NCBI GenBank assembly: GCA_034519905.1
Contig: JAXHNY010000020.1
Coordinates: 5,498-69,497 of the forward strand
Direction of reading: 5' to 3'
DNA: 64,000 bases
Source of the DNA: Ahrensia sp.
Lineage (GTDB): Bacteria > Pseudomonadota > Alphaproteobacteria > Rhizobiales > Rhizobiaceae
Shown: piece after piece, positions 10,945 through 21,649 of the stretch
Numbering within the stretch: position 1 is the first letter of the stretch
How the letters are laid out: each line of letters opens with the position of its first letter
The notes under the pieces: generated by a model
Databases searched by the model: none
Told to the model about the DNA's origin: nothing
What the model saw: only the letters and a program-made list of their open reading frames with translations
Program-made: the position numbers and the translations under genes

Positions 10945-12605
10945 CTAATCGATCCCTGAAATCATCATCGCTTTAGGCCAGCTAACGCGGTAACCAAAAT
11001 CGATAACCGTCTGAGCACCAGCCGCAAGATTAACCGACCAACTTAAAATACCGCGCTGATCATCGAGATCAGTTACGGTCGGCTTTGTTGTCGCCGGCAA
11101 CATCGTCACGATGATATCTTCATGGTTCGCCACCGGCAGTCGATCGAGCATCTTTACGTCGATGGGGAAATTATGAAGATTTCGGATCGTCGTCTTGGTG
11201 CTTCGCTCATCGGTGAGCGAAGACGATATAAGCCCCGTCTCACCTTCTTTACGTTCTGTTTCAACGCGCTCAACAATCACAAAATCATCTTGCCCAAAAG
11301 CTAAGGTCATGGTCATCACCCGGCGTGAGCAATGGCATCTGACCGCGGCCGATATAAGCGCCATCTCGCGATAAAAGCACCGGCCCCGGCAAATAAGTCG
11401 CCTCGCCCGTCAGCTTGAAATTAGCGATAAGATACGCAGCCGGATCGAGACGACGGCACGGTGTAAGCACTCATAGCGACGTCGAGCGTTTCTTCACCCA
11501 TTACCACTGACTTGACCTGATTGGTATTTTCAACCGTCACCTTACCGGGTATTTGATACGTCGCTTGAAAACCGCCTACATCCATGGTGGCAACCTCTTG
11601 GCGAATTTCGGGCGCAGCAGCAGGCTCTGCCGACACAGCATAATCCTGCAGGCTTTCGGATCGAACACGTGATTCCAAACTTTGTAGCTTTTGTGCAGAC
11701 CGTGCCACTGGTTCCAATTGGATAATTTCAAAAGGTGGTAGTTCGGGTGCAAATGTACTTGTCGATGGTCGCGCAGTGGAAAGCGTCAGCGCTACGCCTT
11801 CCCAATTTTCGGATGTTGACTGTGTGACATTAGCGCGGCGCACAATATCCATCGACGGTTTGCTGCCATCGCCAAGTTCAAGCTTGGCGTCATAAATCGC
11901 CTGCCATCCGGCCTGATCAACCGCATATTTAATTTTAAATTTTGCGTCGCTTGGATTTGCGACATTTAAATTTATCGCCACGACCGAACGCAATTCTTCA
12001 ACGGGTGCAAGCTGAGAAATTTTTTCCCTGCAAATCTGCGATTTGGCGCTGAATATCGCGCTGATTGGCGCGCGCATCTATGGTGCGTGTTGCGCATGTT
12101 GATCGAGCCGCGCTGAAGCGCCATCCAACAGGTCTGCAACTTCCAGTGCGGAAAGGGCATTTCCCACTTCGTCTTTTCGCGGCTTTCCTGCATTGGAAAG
12201 CAGATTTTCAAGCATTTTACGCTGCAGATTCGTATCCGCGACAACCTGCTCAAGCCGCAAATATTCGTCGTTGAGCGTTTCAACTTGACGTTCAAGTTTT
12301 AGCCGTTCTTCAGAGTTCAAATTGCGTGACAGATAGACCTGTTTGACATCAACTGAGCCAATCGAAATATCGCCTTCAGATAATCCGTCGACGCGCACAC
12401 TATCAGGCGAAATATCTGCCGGCAGATTTTCAATCAGCACCGTGTGCGTGCCAGCGATCAGCGTTCCGCTCGCAAGGCGCTCTACTTCCGCGCCGCGCGG
12501 AAACACTGTCACTGCATCAACGTAGGAAGCAAACTTAAACTCATCTGCAAAGGCTGACCCGAGCATGGTCGTTGATAACAAAACTGCAAGTGAAAAACGT
12601 GACAT
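10945..12605 (-). CDS. DUF4140/DUF4139 (MuiA-like) exported protein, split by about 3 frameshifts
   Basis: Signal peptide, VDAVTVFPRGAEVER N-terminal domain, VTQSTSENWEGVALTLSTARP and LAFGQDD..VER segments across ORFs 12078-12608, 11421-12077, 11285-11470, 10945-11364. Confidence 0.75.
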
Positions 12606-12716
12606 CAAAACCCTCTCAAAATATTACGGTCTATCTCTTTGCGTGAAATCACGGTCGCATTTGGGCGAGTTTAAGGTGATTTTGCGGCGGCAACAAGCAG
12701 AACACAGCCGATTGGA

Positions 12717-13493
12717 TTATGCTTTAACTTTCTTTTTGCCCTTGTTACGCAACACATGGGAATAGGCGGCGTTGTAAAGGTCGCTGTCGCGAAATTCCAC
12801 ATCGCCAAAAACTTTACCAACGAGAATGAGTGCAGTGCGCGTAATTTTATGCGTACGGACCTCCTCTTTCATACCGGCCAAAGTCGTTTTGATATAGAGC
12901 TCATCGGGCCAAGTCGCGCGATAGGCAATCACAACAGGACAATCGTCACCATAATAGGGCTCCAGCGCTGTGCGAATATAATCGAGATTTCGGATCGACA
13001 AATGAATCGCAAGGGTCGCCTTTGATTGGCCTAAAATTTCCAGCTGCTCACCATCGGGCATGGATGATGCCTTCATACCGGTGCGCGTAATAATCACGGT
13101 CTGCGCAATCTCCGGCAAGGTGAGTTCTGTTTTCATAGCGGCTGCAGCACCAGCAAAGGCGGGCACGCCTGGCACAACATGATAGTCGATGCCCAGCGCA
13201 TCAAGGCGGCGCATCTGCTCTGCCACAGCGCCATAAATCGCCGGATCACCCGAATGAACCCGCGCCACATCCTGCCCTGCATCGTGGGCCTTTTTCATTT
13301 GCTCGATGATTTCATCTAAATGCATCGATGCCGTATCCATCACCAGCGCATCGGAAGGCGCAGCTTTAACGATCTCCTCTGGAACAAGCGAACCTGCGTA
13401 AAGACACACAGGGCACGCCTCGATCAAGCGCAGACCGCGCACTGTGATGAGGTCTGGTGCGCCAGGCCCCGCGCCAATAAAAAATACGCTCAT
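12717..13493 (-). CDS. cobM: precorrin-4 C11-methyltransferase
   Basis: FIGAGPGAPDLITVRG, YAGSLV, RVHSGDP, ELTLPEIAQTVIITR. Confidence 0.95.
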   Translation of the reverse strand: MSVFFIGAGPGAPDLITVRGLRLIEACPVCLYAGSLVPEEIVKAAPSDALVMDTASMHLDEIIEQMKKAHDAGQDVARVHSGDPAIYGAVAEQMRRLDALGIDYHVVPGVPAFAGAAAAMKTELTLPEIAQTVIITRTGMKASSMPDGEQLEILGQSKATLAIHLSIRNLDYIRTALEPYYGDDCPVVIAYRATWPDELYIKTTLAGMKEEVRTHKITRTALILVGKVFGDVEFRDSDLYNAAYSHVLRNKGKKKVKA

Positions 13494-15310
13494 CGCTTCA
13501 TCTCCGAACTTTCCTTGCCGCTGTAACCGCGCGGCGTGTAAACCCATGTGCGACCGTCACCGGTGGTCACCGAACGGCTATCGGACGACCCCACGACCAC
13601 AACCGTTAGCATATCAACATCATCCACATTCAGTTCTCCAAGTGGCACAATGCGCACCTTCTCGCCCACGCGCCCCAGATTGGTTGCCAAAACAACGGGC
13701 GATGAGGCGGGACGGTGGTTGAGCAACTCATCGCGCGCCCAAGCCAGCTGCGTACGCCTTTTCATCGATACGGGGTTATAAAAGGCGATAACAAAATCAC
13801 CATCGCCCGCCGCACGCACACGGCGCTGAATATCAGCCCAAGGCGTCAATAGGTCCGACAGTGAGATCGTACAAAAATCATGGCCGAGCGGTGCACCAGC
13901 CCGCGCTGCCGCGCCTTGCAGCGCCGAAATCCCTGGTGAGTTGATCACTTCAACGCGCCGTGCGGCATCGGATATGCCACCCTTGTCGAACAGCTCATAA
14001 ATGAGGGTCGCCATCGCATAAATGCCCGCATCGCCAGAACAGACAAGTGAAACCGTCTTGCCCTGCCCTGCCAATTCCATGGCATGGCGCACGCGGTCTT
14101 CCTCTTTGCCCAGCTGAAAATCATGGCGCTGTTTGCCGCTGCCGAGTGAGCCGAGCAAATCGAGATATAGGCTGTAGCCTACAAGATCACTCGACTGCAA
14201 AATCATGCGCGATACTTCCGGCGAGCGCCAACCTTCAGAGCCAGGGCCGATGCCAACCACAAAGACGGTGCCGCGCGCCCTGCCCGGCAAATCGACAATC
14301 GGTTGCGGCGCACGGGCTATCGCGCATGTGGCGCGTTTTGTTTTGGCTTTTGGTACGATCAAAGCGCCATTCGGGCCAACTGCGGCCAACGCTGCCCCTT
14401 CAGCGACGCCATGGCATCCGACTTCTGCAAAAACCACATCGGATGGGTTTTGCAAGCGCGGGGTTTGCGCTTCCAACGCCGCCGCATCAAAGAAGCGTGC
14501 AGGCGCACCGAAATACTCTGCCACCGCATGAACAGCTGCCTCATCGGCTTTCACGTCAATTGAGGTTACACAAGCAACCGAATGTGGCGATAGATTTGCA
14601 GCGGCCAGCTGCGCGGTGACTAAACCAATCAGATCATCGGCAGGACAATCGCGCTCGCACCCTACCCCAACCACAAGTGTTTTTGGGTGATAGACGAGTT
14701 CTAGATCGCGCGGCTCTGCCGCATGATCCGTAATGGTTAGCCTCACACGATTTTCGCCAGTTGCAACAAGCGGCAATTTGCTTTCACGAAGCCAGTCAGC
14801 ATCGCCGATAAGGTGAACACCACGGTTGGACACGATTTCCGCCATCACATTTTTGGCATCGCTAGGATTTGCCAGCACATAACCTGCAGGCGGCGCATCG
14901 AGCGCAACACCAAATTTGACATCCCCCGCCGTTGTCACCGCCGCCACTGAACCGAGCATCTTTGCAATGTCGCGCGCCATATCATTGGCACCGTGATGAC
15001 CGCCCAAAAGAGGCACAACATGTGCACCATCTTCCGACACGCAAATCACGGGTGGTTCACTCATTTTGTCGCTGAGCACCGGTGCCAACAAGCGGATCAA
15101 CGCGCCCGACGCCATCAGCGCAACAATCGGCGTGCCATCTAAAAAGAGCGCTTGAAGGTGTGAGCGCAGATCTTTGATCGCAACATGGTCTGGCGCATCC
15201 ACCCGCTTATCCAACGCATGAATAACGCCGCCTAGCAACGCGGCGATCTGCGCAGCAATAGGCAGCGCACTTTGATTAAGCACAACGATGGCTGGTTGTC
15301 TTTTCATCAT
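13490..15310 (-). CDS. cobJ: CbiG-CobJ fusion (precorrin-3B C17-methyltransferase)
   Basis: N-terminal CbiG motifs (DKMSEPPV, GGHHGAN, TTAGD, GVAEGAAL) plus C-terminal CobJ motifs (SGDAGIYAMA, HDFCTISLSDLLTPW, FYNP, TPRGY). Confidence 0.92.
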   Translation of the reverse strand: MMKRQPAIVVLNQSALPIAAQIAALLGGVIHALDKRVDAPDHVAIKDLRSHLQALFLDGTPIVALMASGALIRLLAPVLSDKMSEPPVICVSEDGAHVVPLLGGHHGANDMARDIAKMLGSVAAVTTAGDVKFGVALDAPPAGYVLANPSDAKNVMAEIVSNRGVHLIGDADWLRESKLPLVATGENRVRLTITDHAAEPRDLELVYHPKTLVVGVGCERDCPADDLIGLVTAQLAAANLSPHSVACVTSIDVKADEAAVHAVAEYFGAPARFFDAAALEAQTPRLQNPSDVVFAEVGCHGVAEGAALAAVGPNGALIVPKAKTKRATCAIARAPQPIVDLPGRARGTVFVVGIGPGSEGWRSPEVSRMILQSSDLVGYSLYLDLLGSLGSGKQRHDFQLGKEEDRVRHAMELAGQGKTVSLVCSGDAGIYAMATLIYELFDKGGISDAARRVEVINSPGISALQGAAARAGAPLGHDFCTISLSDLLTPWADIQRRVRAAGDGDFVIAFYNPVSMKRRTQLAWARDELLNHRPASSPVVLATNLGRVGEKVRIVPLGELNVDDVDMLTVVVVGSSDSRSVTTGDGRTWVYTPRGYSGKESSEMKR

Positions 15311-16039
15311 TTATTTCACATTCATTTTGGCAACATCGATCCATGGCTCTGCACCGTTGTAGATCGTGATCATCGAAAAATAGGGTGCGGTATCGTTGTG
15401 CATGTCGCAAAGCCGCATAATGCGTTGTTCGGGCAGGCTGACGCGCTCCAGATAGATCGACTTATGAAGTAGGTTCATGTCTGCCAGCAACGCCTTGATG
15501 CGCGCGAGATGACGACCCACTTTCATAATAACAAGCGCATCGGCTGCATCAATTTTAACACGCATTTCATGGTCAGGCAGTGGCCCCGGAATAATTGTCA
15601 GCACATCATTGCGCGCCGCCAGAGGAATACCGCTCATGGCGGCGGCAGTCATAATCGATGAAACACCGGGCACAATTTCGCACTCATAGGCATCGCTTAG
15701 ACGCTCGTAGAGATACATAAATGAGCCATAGAAAAACGGATCACCTTCGCACAGAACCACAACATCGCGGTCGTTATCCAAATGATCCGCAATCTCCTTT
15801 GCTGCAACGTCATAAACTTCTGCCGCAGGAAATCGCGCTACGCGCATCGGCACAATAATCGGTATCTCGATTTGATCTGATCGCAAAAATTCCGAAACGA
15901 TCGAACGCGCAAAACTAATCCCATCATCGGGCGCAGGATAGGCAATCACGGGGGCAGCTTCAATCAATCTCAAAGCGCGCAGCGTAATCAAATCAGGCGC
16001 ACCGGGGCCAACGCCAACGCCGTATAATTTGCCTCTCAC
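15311..16039 (-). CDS. cobI: precorrin-2 C20-methyltransferase
   Basis: GVGVGPGAPDLITLRA, EGDPFFYGSF, PYFS. Confidence 0.94.
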   Translation of the reverse strand: MRGKLYGVGVGPGAPDLITLRALRLIEAAPVIAYPAPDDGISFARSIVSEFLRSDQIEIPIIVPMRVARFPAAEVYDVAAKEIADHLDNDRDVVVLCEGDPFFYGSFMYLYERLSDAYECEIVPGVSSIMTAAAMSGIPLAARNDVLTIIPGPLPDHEMRVKIDAADALVIMKVGRHLARIKALLADMNLLHKSIYLERVSLPEQRIMRLCDMHNDTAPYFSMITIYNGAEPWIDVAKMNVK

Positions 16040-17238
16040 GCGCCTTTACTCCAACTCCACTGTGTCACCGGCATCGATGGCTTCCAACCGTGGAACGGCC
16101 CAACGGGCTCTGCAGTCTCAACCGATATGCGCTGAAGCTCGCCGCCATATTTGGCGAACGCTTCGAGCAAAATTGCCTCACTTTCAAGCGTCACCGCATG
16201 GGCTACCAATCGGCCATGGGGCTTAAGCGCCTCTACCGCAATTGCTATCGTCTCTAAAGAAAGCCCGCCGCCGATAAACACCGCATCGGGTGATGGCAAT
16301 TGGCTCAGACCGTGAGGCGCTTCAATATCCACCAATTGCAATTTCGGCACACCCAGTTGAGCCGCATTTTGTGCAGCCATTGCGCGTCTTTTTTCCTGCG
16401 GATCAATGCCTATCGCTTGTGCCTCGGGCGCACCGCGCATCCACTCGATGGCAATCGAACCACAGCCGCAGCCGATATCCCATAACAACGCGCCGCGCGT
16501 TGGAACCAGCTTTGCAAGTGCTAAGGCGCGCACTGCCCGCTTGGTCATTTTTCCGTCGTGAACAAATACCGCGTCGGGCAGGCCCGTACGCGGCAAAATC
16601 TGCGCATCCGCGCCAGCAGCGCATTCCACGCACAGCAGATGAAAATCTGGAACTTCTTGCGCCCAGTCTGATGCTTGTCCTTCAAAGCGCTCCTCACGCG
16701 GCCCACCCAAAGCGGCCAGCACGATCATCTTTGAGGCCCCATAGCCGCGCGTGGTCAGCAGCCCTGCGACTGTTGCAGGCGAAGTCTTGTCTTTGGTCAG
16801 AATGAGCAGGCGCGCATGCGGCGCAAAATAGGGCACGATTTGTTCGGCAGCGCGCCCATGCACCGTAAGCGTTTCGACATCGGCTAGAGACCAGCCAAGG
16901 CGCGCCGCGCCCCACTGAAAAGCGGACAATTGCGGGTGAAAAATAATTTCTGCTGCATCGATATCTTTGGTGATACGCGCGCCCACCGAATACCAAAGCG
17001 GGTCACCCGTCACGAGCACCACGATGCGCTTGCCTTTGTGAGACTTCAGCATGTCAATCATCGCATCAAAAGGCGATGGCCACGCGATGCGGATGGCGTG
17101 GGAGGTATCCGCCAAATCATGGTGCCGATCGCCGCCCACGATAACTTCCGCCGAAGCGATCAAGGCGCGCGCTTCACCTGAAAGACCGTCCAAACCGTCT
17201 TCGCCGATACCGATAATGTGAAGCCACGGCTCTATCAT
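16036..17238 (-). CDS. cobL: precorrin-6Y C5,15-methyltransferase (CbiE-CbiT bifunctional)
   Basis: IGIGEDG, TGDPLWYSVG, GKMTKRAVRA, WDIGCGCGSIAIEW, PDAVFIGGG. Confidence 0.93.
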   Translation of the reverse strand: MIEPWLHIIGIGEDGLDGLSGEARALIASAEVIVGGDRHHDLADTSHAIRIAWPSPFDAMIDMLKSHKGKRIVVLVTGDPLWYSVGARITKDIDAAEIIFHPQLSAFQWGAARLGWSLADVETLTVHGRAAEQIVPYFAPHARLLILTKDKTSPATVAGLLTTRGYGASKMIVLAALGGPREERFEGQASDWAQEVPDFHLLCVECAAGADAQILPRTGLPDAVFVHDGKMTKRAVRALALAKLVPTRGALLWDIGCGCGSIAIEWMRGAPEAQAIGIDPQEKRRAMAAQNAAQLGVPKLQLVDIEAPHGLSQLPSPDAVFIGGGLSLETIAIAVEALKPHGRLVAHAVTLESEAILLEAFAKYGGELQRISVETAEPVGPFHGWKPSMPVTQWSWSKGA

Positions 17239-17239
17239 G

Positions 17240-18766
17240 TTACAGCCCGCCCTTCAAACCAGCGGCAATCGCATTCAACGTTGCCGCTGCCATGGCGCTA
17301 CCGCCGCGCCGCCCGCGTACCGCCATATAAGCCACGCCGCGACTATCAGCAATCAACGCATCTTTGCTCTCCGCCGCACCTACAAAACCAACCGGCATGC
17401 CGATGATGAGCGCTGGCTTCGCAGCTCCTGCATCAATCAATTCGAGCAATCGAAAAAGCGCAGTCGGTGCATTGCCGATAACGATGATGGCACCATCAAA
17501 CTCATGCGCCAACAAATCCATCGCCGCCGCGCTCCGTGTATTTTTAATCTCGTTCGAAAGCGTTCGCGTTGCTTCATCGCCGACCGCGCAAAGCACCTTA
17601 TTATTCGCCGTCAAATGACGCCCGATGATGCCATGACGCACCATCTCTACATCACAGATAATCGGCGCGCCGTTTGCCAACGCTGCACGTCCTGCGGCGA
17701 CGGCGTCGTCACTAAAAGTAAAATCCTTTAAAATATCGACCATGCCGCACGCGTGAATCAATCTGACAGCAACATCGCGTATATCACTGGGAAATAATGA
17801 TAAATCCACTTCGCTTTCAATCGTTTCAAAAGACTTTCTATAAATTTCTGACGGGTCTTTTATGTACTGGAGCGCAGCTTTCGCAGGGCGCGGCGCTGCC
17901 ACGATCCATCCTTCTTCGTGCAGCACTTCAGCTCTTACATCTGCCGCCAAATCATCCGGACAGCGCAGACAGTTTTCAAATTGACCATCGGCATCCGCAG
18001 CAGAAAAGACCTTCGCAACAACACGCACTTGTGCCGCGTCTTTTACCTCACCCTCGTCGGGCACAACTTCGAAAAGCGACGGATAGATTTCTGCAAAAAT
18101 GATGGGCTTGCTCAGGTCGTCCGTAAAGCCTGTCTCGAACGGCCAGACGTCAATTTTATCGGCAAACGCAGGATCTGCGCGCAAAGTTTGCAGGTGTTTA
18201 ATACCGAGCATTGACTGCGCGGCGACAACGCCAGCGCCAGCCATTTGCCAGAGAGATTTTGCGCTCTTGTGGAGGCGCTCTGCATGTCTAAATTCGCGTA
18301 AAGTGCCAAAAGCATGTTTAGGCTTGGTTGGTTCTAAGCCCGGATAGCGCCCCGCATGCTGATGGGGGTGCCCCCAGAACGGTCCGCCATTTAGGCCGGC
18401 AAAATAGCTTAAGTTCAAATACCCAGCGGAAGCAAATGTATTGGATTGGTTGTTCTCATCATCGGTAATCAATTCCGCTATCAGCGCCCAAACTGCGTCC
18501 CAGTTCGATGCGCGTGTGACACGGCCTGCAAAGCCTGCAGGGTAGCCAAAAGCAAAATCAAATCCGGCGAAAAGCCTTTTGCCAGAGGCGATGGTGTCTT
18601 CGATCAACTCATGCACCAAGGCCATAGCTTCAAACCGCGTCGCAAAATTGCGCACCCATTTTAGGTCGCAACCCTCTGACAGCGCCATCCATATCGAATC
18701 TTTGCCAGTCTTTGGCGCATTAGCCGCCGACCAATCGACAATCAGATAGCGATCAAACAATGCCAA
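17240..18766 (-). CDS. cobH: precorrin-8X methylmutase with an extra ~300-aa N-terminal domain
   Basis: C-terminal ~210 aa has IYRKSF, RLIHACG, TRSAAA, IGNAPTALF, PVGFVGAAESK, GRRGGS; N-terminal domain is unrelated to CobH. Confidence 0.9.
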   Translation of the reverse strand: MALFDRYLIVDWSAANAPKTGKDSIWMALSEGCDLKWVRNFATRFEAMALVHELIEDTIASGKRLFAGFDFAFGYPAGFAGRVTRASNWDAVWALIAELITDDENNQSNTFASAGYLNLSYFAGLNGGPFWGHPHQHAGRYPGLEPTKPKHAFGTLREFRHAERLHKSAKSLWQMAGAGVVAAQSMLGIKHLQTLRADPAFADKIDVWPFETGFTDDLSKPIIFAEIYPSLFEVVPDEGEVKDAAQVRVVAKVFSAADADGQFENCLRCPDDLAADVRAEVLHEEGWIVAAPRPAKAALQYIKDPSEIYRKSFETIESEVDLSLFPSDIRDVAVRLIHACGMVDILKDFTFSDDAVAAGRAALANGAPIICDVEMVRHGIIGRHLTANNKVLCAVGDEATRTLSNEIKNTRSAAAMDLLAHEFDGAIIVIGNAPTALFRLLELIDAGAAKPALIIGMPVGFVGAAESKDALIADSRGVAYMAVRGRRGGSAMAAATLNAIAAGLKGGL

Positions 18767-18770
18767 GAAA

Positions 18771-20001
18771 TCAGCCCTTCGGCTTTTTCATACTGTTGGG
18801 GCCAAGGGGATGATTGGCTTGCGGATAAGGATGGTGCGCATGGGAGTGAGAATGATGGTGATCATTTTCATGGTGATGATGATGGGAATGATCGTGTCAT
18901 GATCGTGGTGGTGATGGGAATGGTCATGGTCATGGTCATGGTCATGGTGGTGATGGCCATGATGATCGTGAGGTACATGAACAACAGCAGGAGCAGGAGC
19001 ATGACTGTGCACCGGCGTCCATTCCAATCCATGCAATTTGCAAAAATCCTCGTCACGGCACGATGCGTCGCAATCGCCCTTGCAGGGGCATCCAACTGGT
19101 GCGCCGCCCACCCCTTCCACATGATGGTGGTGACTTTCCTGTGCCAATCCCACTTCTGCTTCAAACCCAAGCACCTGTTCGCGGTATTTACACATCTGGC
19201 AGTTCATATTGTTCGATCCTTCGAGGATCTCCGCAACACGCTCGACCATCGTATCAATCACCAGATCATGGTCGTTCAAATAGCCCGCTTTGATAAATTC
19301 AATTTCCGGGTGCTGTGCTGCAACCTCATCGGTTTGGCTGTAAATACGCTTAACTAAAACGCCCGTGAACAGAAAATAGGGGAACACCACGATACGCTTG
19401 TAGCCGAGCTTGGAAACATGTTCGAGTGCAGGCTGCACCAGCGGAAATGTAACGCCTGAATAAGCGGTCTCGCCCCACGCAAAGCCCATCCCCTCCCACA
19501 ACATACGCATAACTTTTGCAACGTTTGAATTGGCATCAGGATCAGAAGCGCCGCGCCCAACGACAACAAGCATTGTGTCGTGCAAACTGTCGCCGTCTTT
19601 CCACCCACTTGTGATAAGCGCCTCTTTAATGCGCGCACCAGCAGCGCGGATCATGCGCAAATCAATGCCAAGCTCGCGGCCATAATCGACGACAATGTCC
19701 TTGTTCTGAGCTTGATAGGTGTTAAGCACCGATGGAATATCGTTCTTAGCATGACCTGCGGCAAACAACATGCCCGGCACGGCTAGCACATGGTTGACCC
19801 CTTGTGCCTTCAACGCATCGATGCCCTGATGGATCACGGGATTGGCAAATTCGAGATAACCGTAGTCAACTGGAACGCTAGAAAACCGCTCGCGCAGCCG
19901 CTCGCCAATTTGGCAAATTCACCTACGGCATTTTGATTGCGGCTTCCGTGACCGCAAATCATCACGCCATATTTTTTGCCCGCTGGCGCGTTCTCAAACA
20001 T
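18771..20001 (-). CDS. cbiX: long-form CbiX-like chelatase with Cys- and His-rich tail, frameshifted near 19900 and 18890
   Basis: GVMICGHGSR (5' frame), YGYLEFANP, LFAAGHAKNDIP, GRGASDPDAN, PYFLFTGVLV, MNCQMCKYR; natural end HPYPQANHPLGPNSMKKPKG-TGA in another frame. Confidence 0.88.
18845..18970 (-). repeat. CATGAC/CATCAC-type tandem repeats encoding the His/Asp-rich CbiX tail
   Basis: ggtcat repeated on the + strand; translates HDHHGHHHHDHDHDHDHSHHHHDHD. Confidence 0.8.
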
Positions 20002-20185
20002 CTTTCGAGCGTTTAACTTTCATGAAGGCACCAACACCGATGGCCAGTGCAATAACCGCCGCACCGATGATCAAGATAATTGAGTTTTAACCGAACTCCA
20101 ATTGAAAATATGGCCCGTGATGTGCCAGAATGCTGCAGCCAGCGGTGACAATTGTGAGCGAAAATGCTGTTAATTTAAGACGCAT
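19994..20185 (-). pseudogene. small signal-peptide plus TM protein (DUF6732-like) upstream of cbiX, with in-frame TAA
   Basis: MRLKLTAFSLTIVTAG...LAHHG...IIGAAVIALAIGVGAFMK, 64 codons with one internal stop; the family call rests on position and shape only. Confidence 0.4.
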
Positions 20186-20381
20186 GGCTATCCCTTTGGT
20201 TTTATAAAATCACCAACAGGACAAGCACAGTCTGCACTCATTCAGCTCGGCAGTGCCTGACCAGCCCCTTGATAGGTAAGCCTTCGCAAGCCCCGTTCTG
20301 ACCTCAAAATTGAAGTACCGCCAGTAATTTATACAACCTATGAAATTTAATCATATTGGTCAATTGAAGAACCAACATTGT

Positions 20382-20810
20382 TCAAGATTTCGTCTTCAGA
20401 TCAAATCCTAAGATTGATGCTGTACGACCAAGCAGCTTCATTTCGTTGGAATTTATTTCTTCGTCAGCCTCTGCAATCGCAATCATATGATTGAGAAGAA
20501 CCTGCCGGCGTTCAACAGACAGCTGAGAAAACATTTCAGCCGACTGCGTCGATGTTGTCTCATAGGCAAAATCTTGAAGATACGTATAGACACCCTCCAT
20601 CGCATCGGGGTTGAGCCCAAATTCCTGCGCGCAGATGCGTTTCAGGGCCGACATTTCCGCTTCTTTTATCTGTCCATCGGCCAAGATCATCCGAAATAGC
20701 AAAAGCAGTTCAGCAGTTAATGTGGGATCGCCCGCAACCAACCGAACGGTTTTTTCTTTTTCAATCAAGTGCCGTAACTTTCCCAAGATCCCATGCGGTT
20801 GCTCTGCCAT
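20382..20810 (-). CDS. TerB-family (tellurite resistance-like) protein
   Basis: ADG..EAE motif and IAEADEEINSNE repeat typical of the TerB fold. Confidence 0.75.
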   Translation of the reverse strand: MAEQPHGILGKLRHLIEKEKTVRLVAGDPTLTAELLLLFRMILADGQIKEAEMSALKRICAQEFGLNPDAMEGVYTYLQDFAYETTSTQSAEMFSQLSVERRQVLLNHMIAIAEADEEINSNEMKLLGRTASILGFDLKTKS

Positions 20811-20887
20811 TTCGTGCCCTCGATTCGCGTGTATGTGCTTGATGTTACTACTTGCATATCGCTGTTGGCTATGATCAACGCTCATCA

Positions 20888-21649
20888 ATGATATTAGATG
20901 GCTTTGACATCCTCGCATTTTTAGCAGCAGCCGCATTTTTAGCGGGATTTGTTGATTCTATCGCCGGTGGCGGCGGTCTGATTACGGTGCCCGTATTGCT
21001 GTTGGCAGGCCTCTCACCAATCCAAGCGCTGGGCACAAACAAACTGCAAAGTCTTTTTGGCGCAGCGACCGCTACAATCGCTTATGCTAGAAACGGCCAT
21101 GTTAATCTGGCTCAACAATGGAAAAGTGCTGCACTTTCAGGCGTTGCCAGTGCGGTCGGCGCTTGGTTGATTTCCAATATACCCAATGACGCGGTACGGA
21201 CTTTTATACCGTTTTTATTGATCGCAATCGCTTTGTTCTTTTGGCTAAAGCCTGGCCTTTCCGATGACGACCGCGCGCAGCGCATAACACCGTTTGTATT
21301 CACCGCTGTTGTTGTACCCATTATTGGTTTTTATGATGGGTTTTTCGGACCGGGTACCGGATCGTTTTTTATGATCGCTTTTATCACGCTTGCCGGCTTT
21401 GGCGTTCTAAAAGCGACAGCTCACACAAAGCTGCTCAATTTCGCCTCAAATTTTGGCGCGTTTTTAGTTTTCGCCGTTGGCGGAGCAGTATTGTGGAAAA
21501 TAGGCCTTGTTATGGGCGTAGCACAGATCGCAGGCGCTCAATGCGGCTCCTATTTGGCGATGAAAAATGGTGCTAAACTTATAAAGCCGCTTATTATAAT
21601 CACGTGTTTAGCGCTTGCCGTTAAGCTCTTAGCAGACACCTATATTTAG
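20888..21649 (+). CDS. TSUP/TauE-SafE family transporter
   Basis: AGFVDSIAGGGGLIT, GTNKLQ, GFYDGFFGPGTGSF. Confidence 0.9.
   Translation: MILDGFDILAFLAAAAFLAGFVDSIAGGGGLITVPVLLLAGLSPIQALGTNKLQSLFGAATATIAYARNGHVNLAQQWKSAALSGVASAVGAWLISNIPNDAVRTFIPFLLIAIALFFWLKPGLSDDDRAQRITPFVFTAVVVPIIGFYDGFFGPGTGSFFMIAFITLAGFGVLKATAHTKLLNFASNFGAFLVFAVGGAVLWKIGLVMGVAQIAGAQCGSYLAMKNGAKLIKPLIIITCLALAVKLLADTYI

Noticed and set aside
12717-12750. Lys-rich CobM C-terminus (RNKGKKKVKA) as part of the basic-tail pattern
   Set aside because: Lys rather than Arg/Gly composition, and CobM is not a predicted partner of the corrinoid carrier.
20190-20330. Possible second cobalamin riboswitch upstream of the cbiX operon
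   Set aside because: Only a loose GGTCAGGCACTGCC resemblance to the B12 box; AGGGAA and GCCACTG cores are absent. An Infernal search would settle it.
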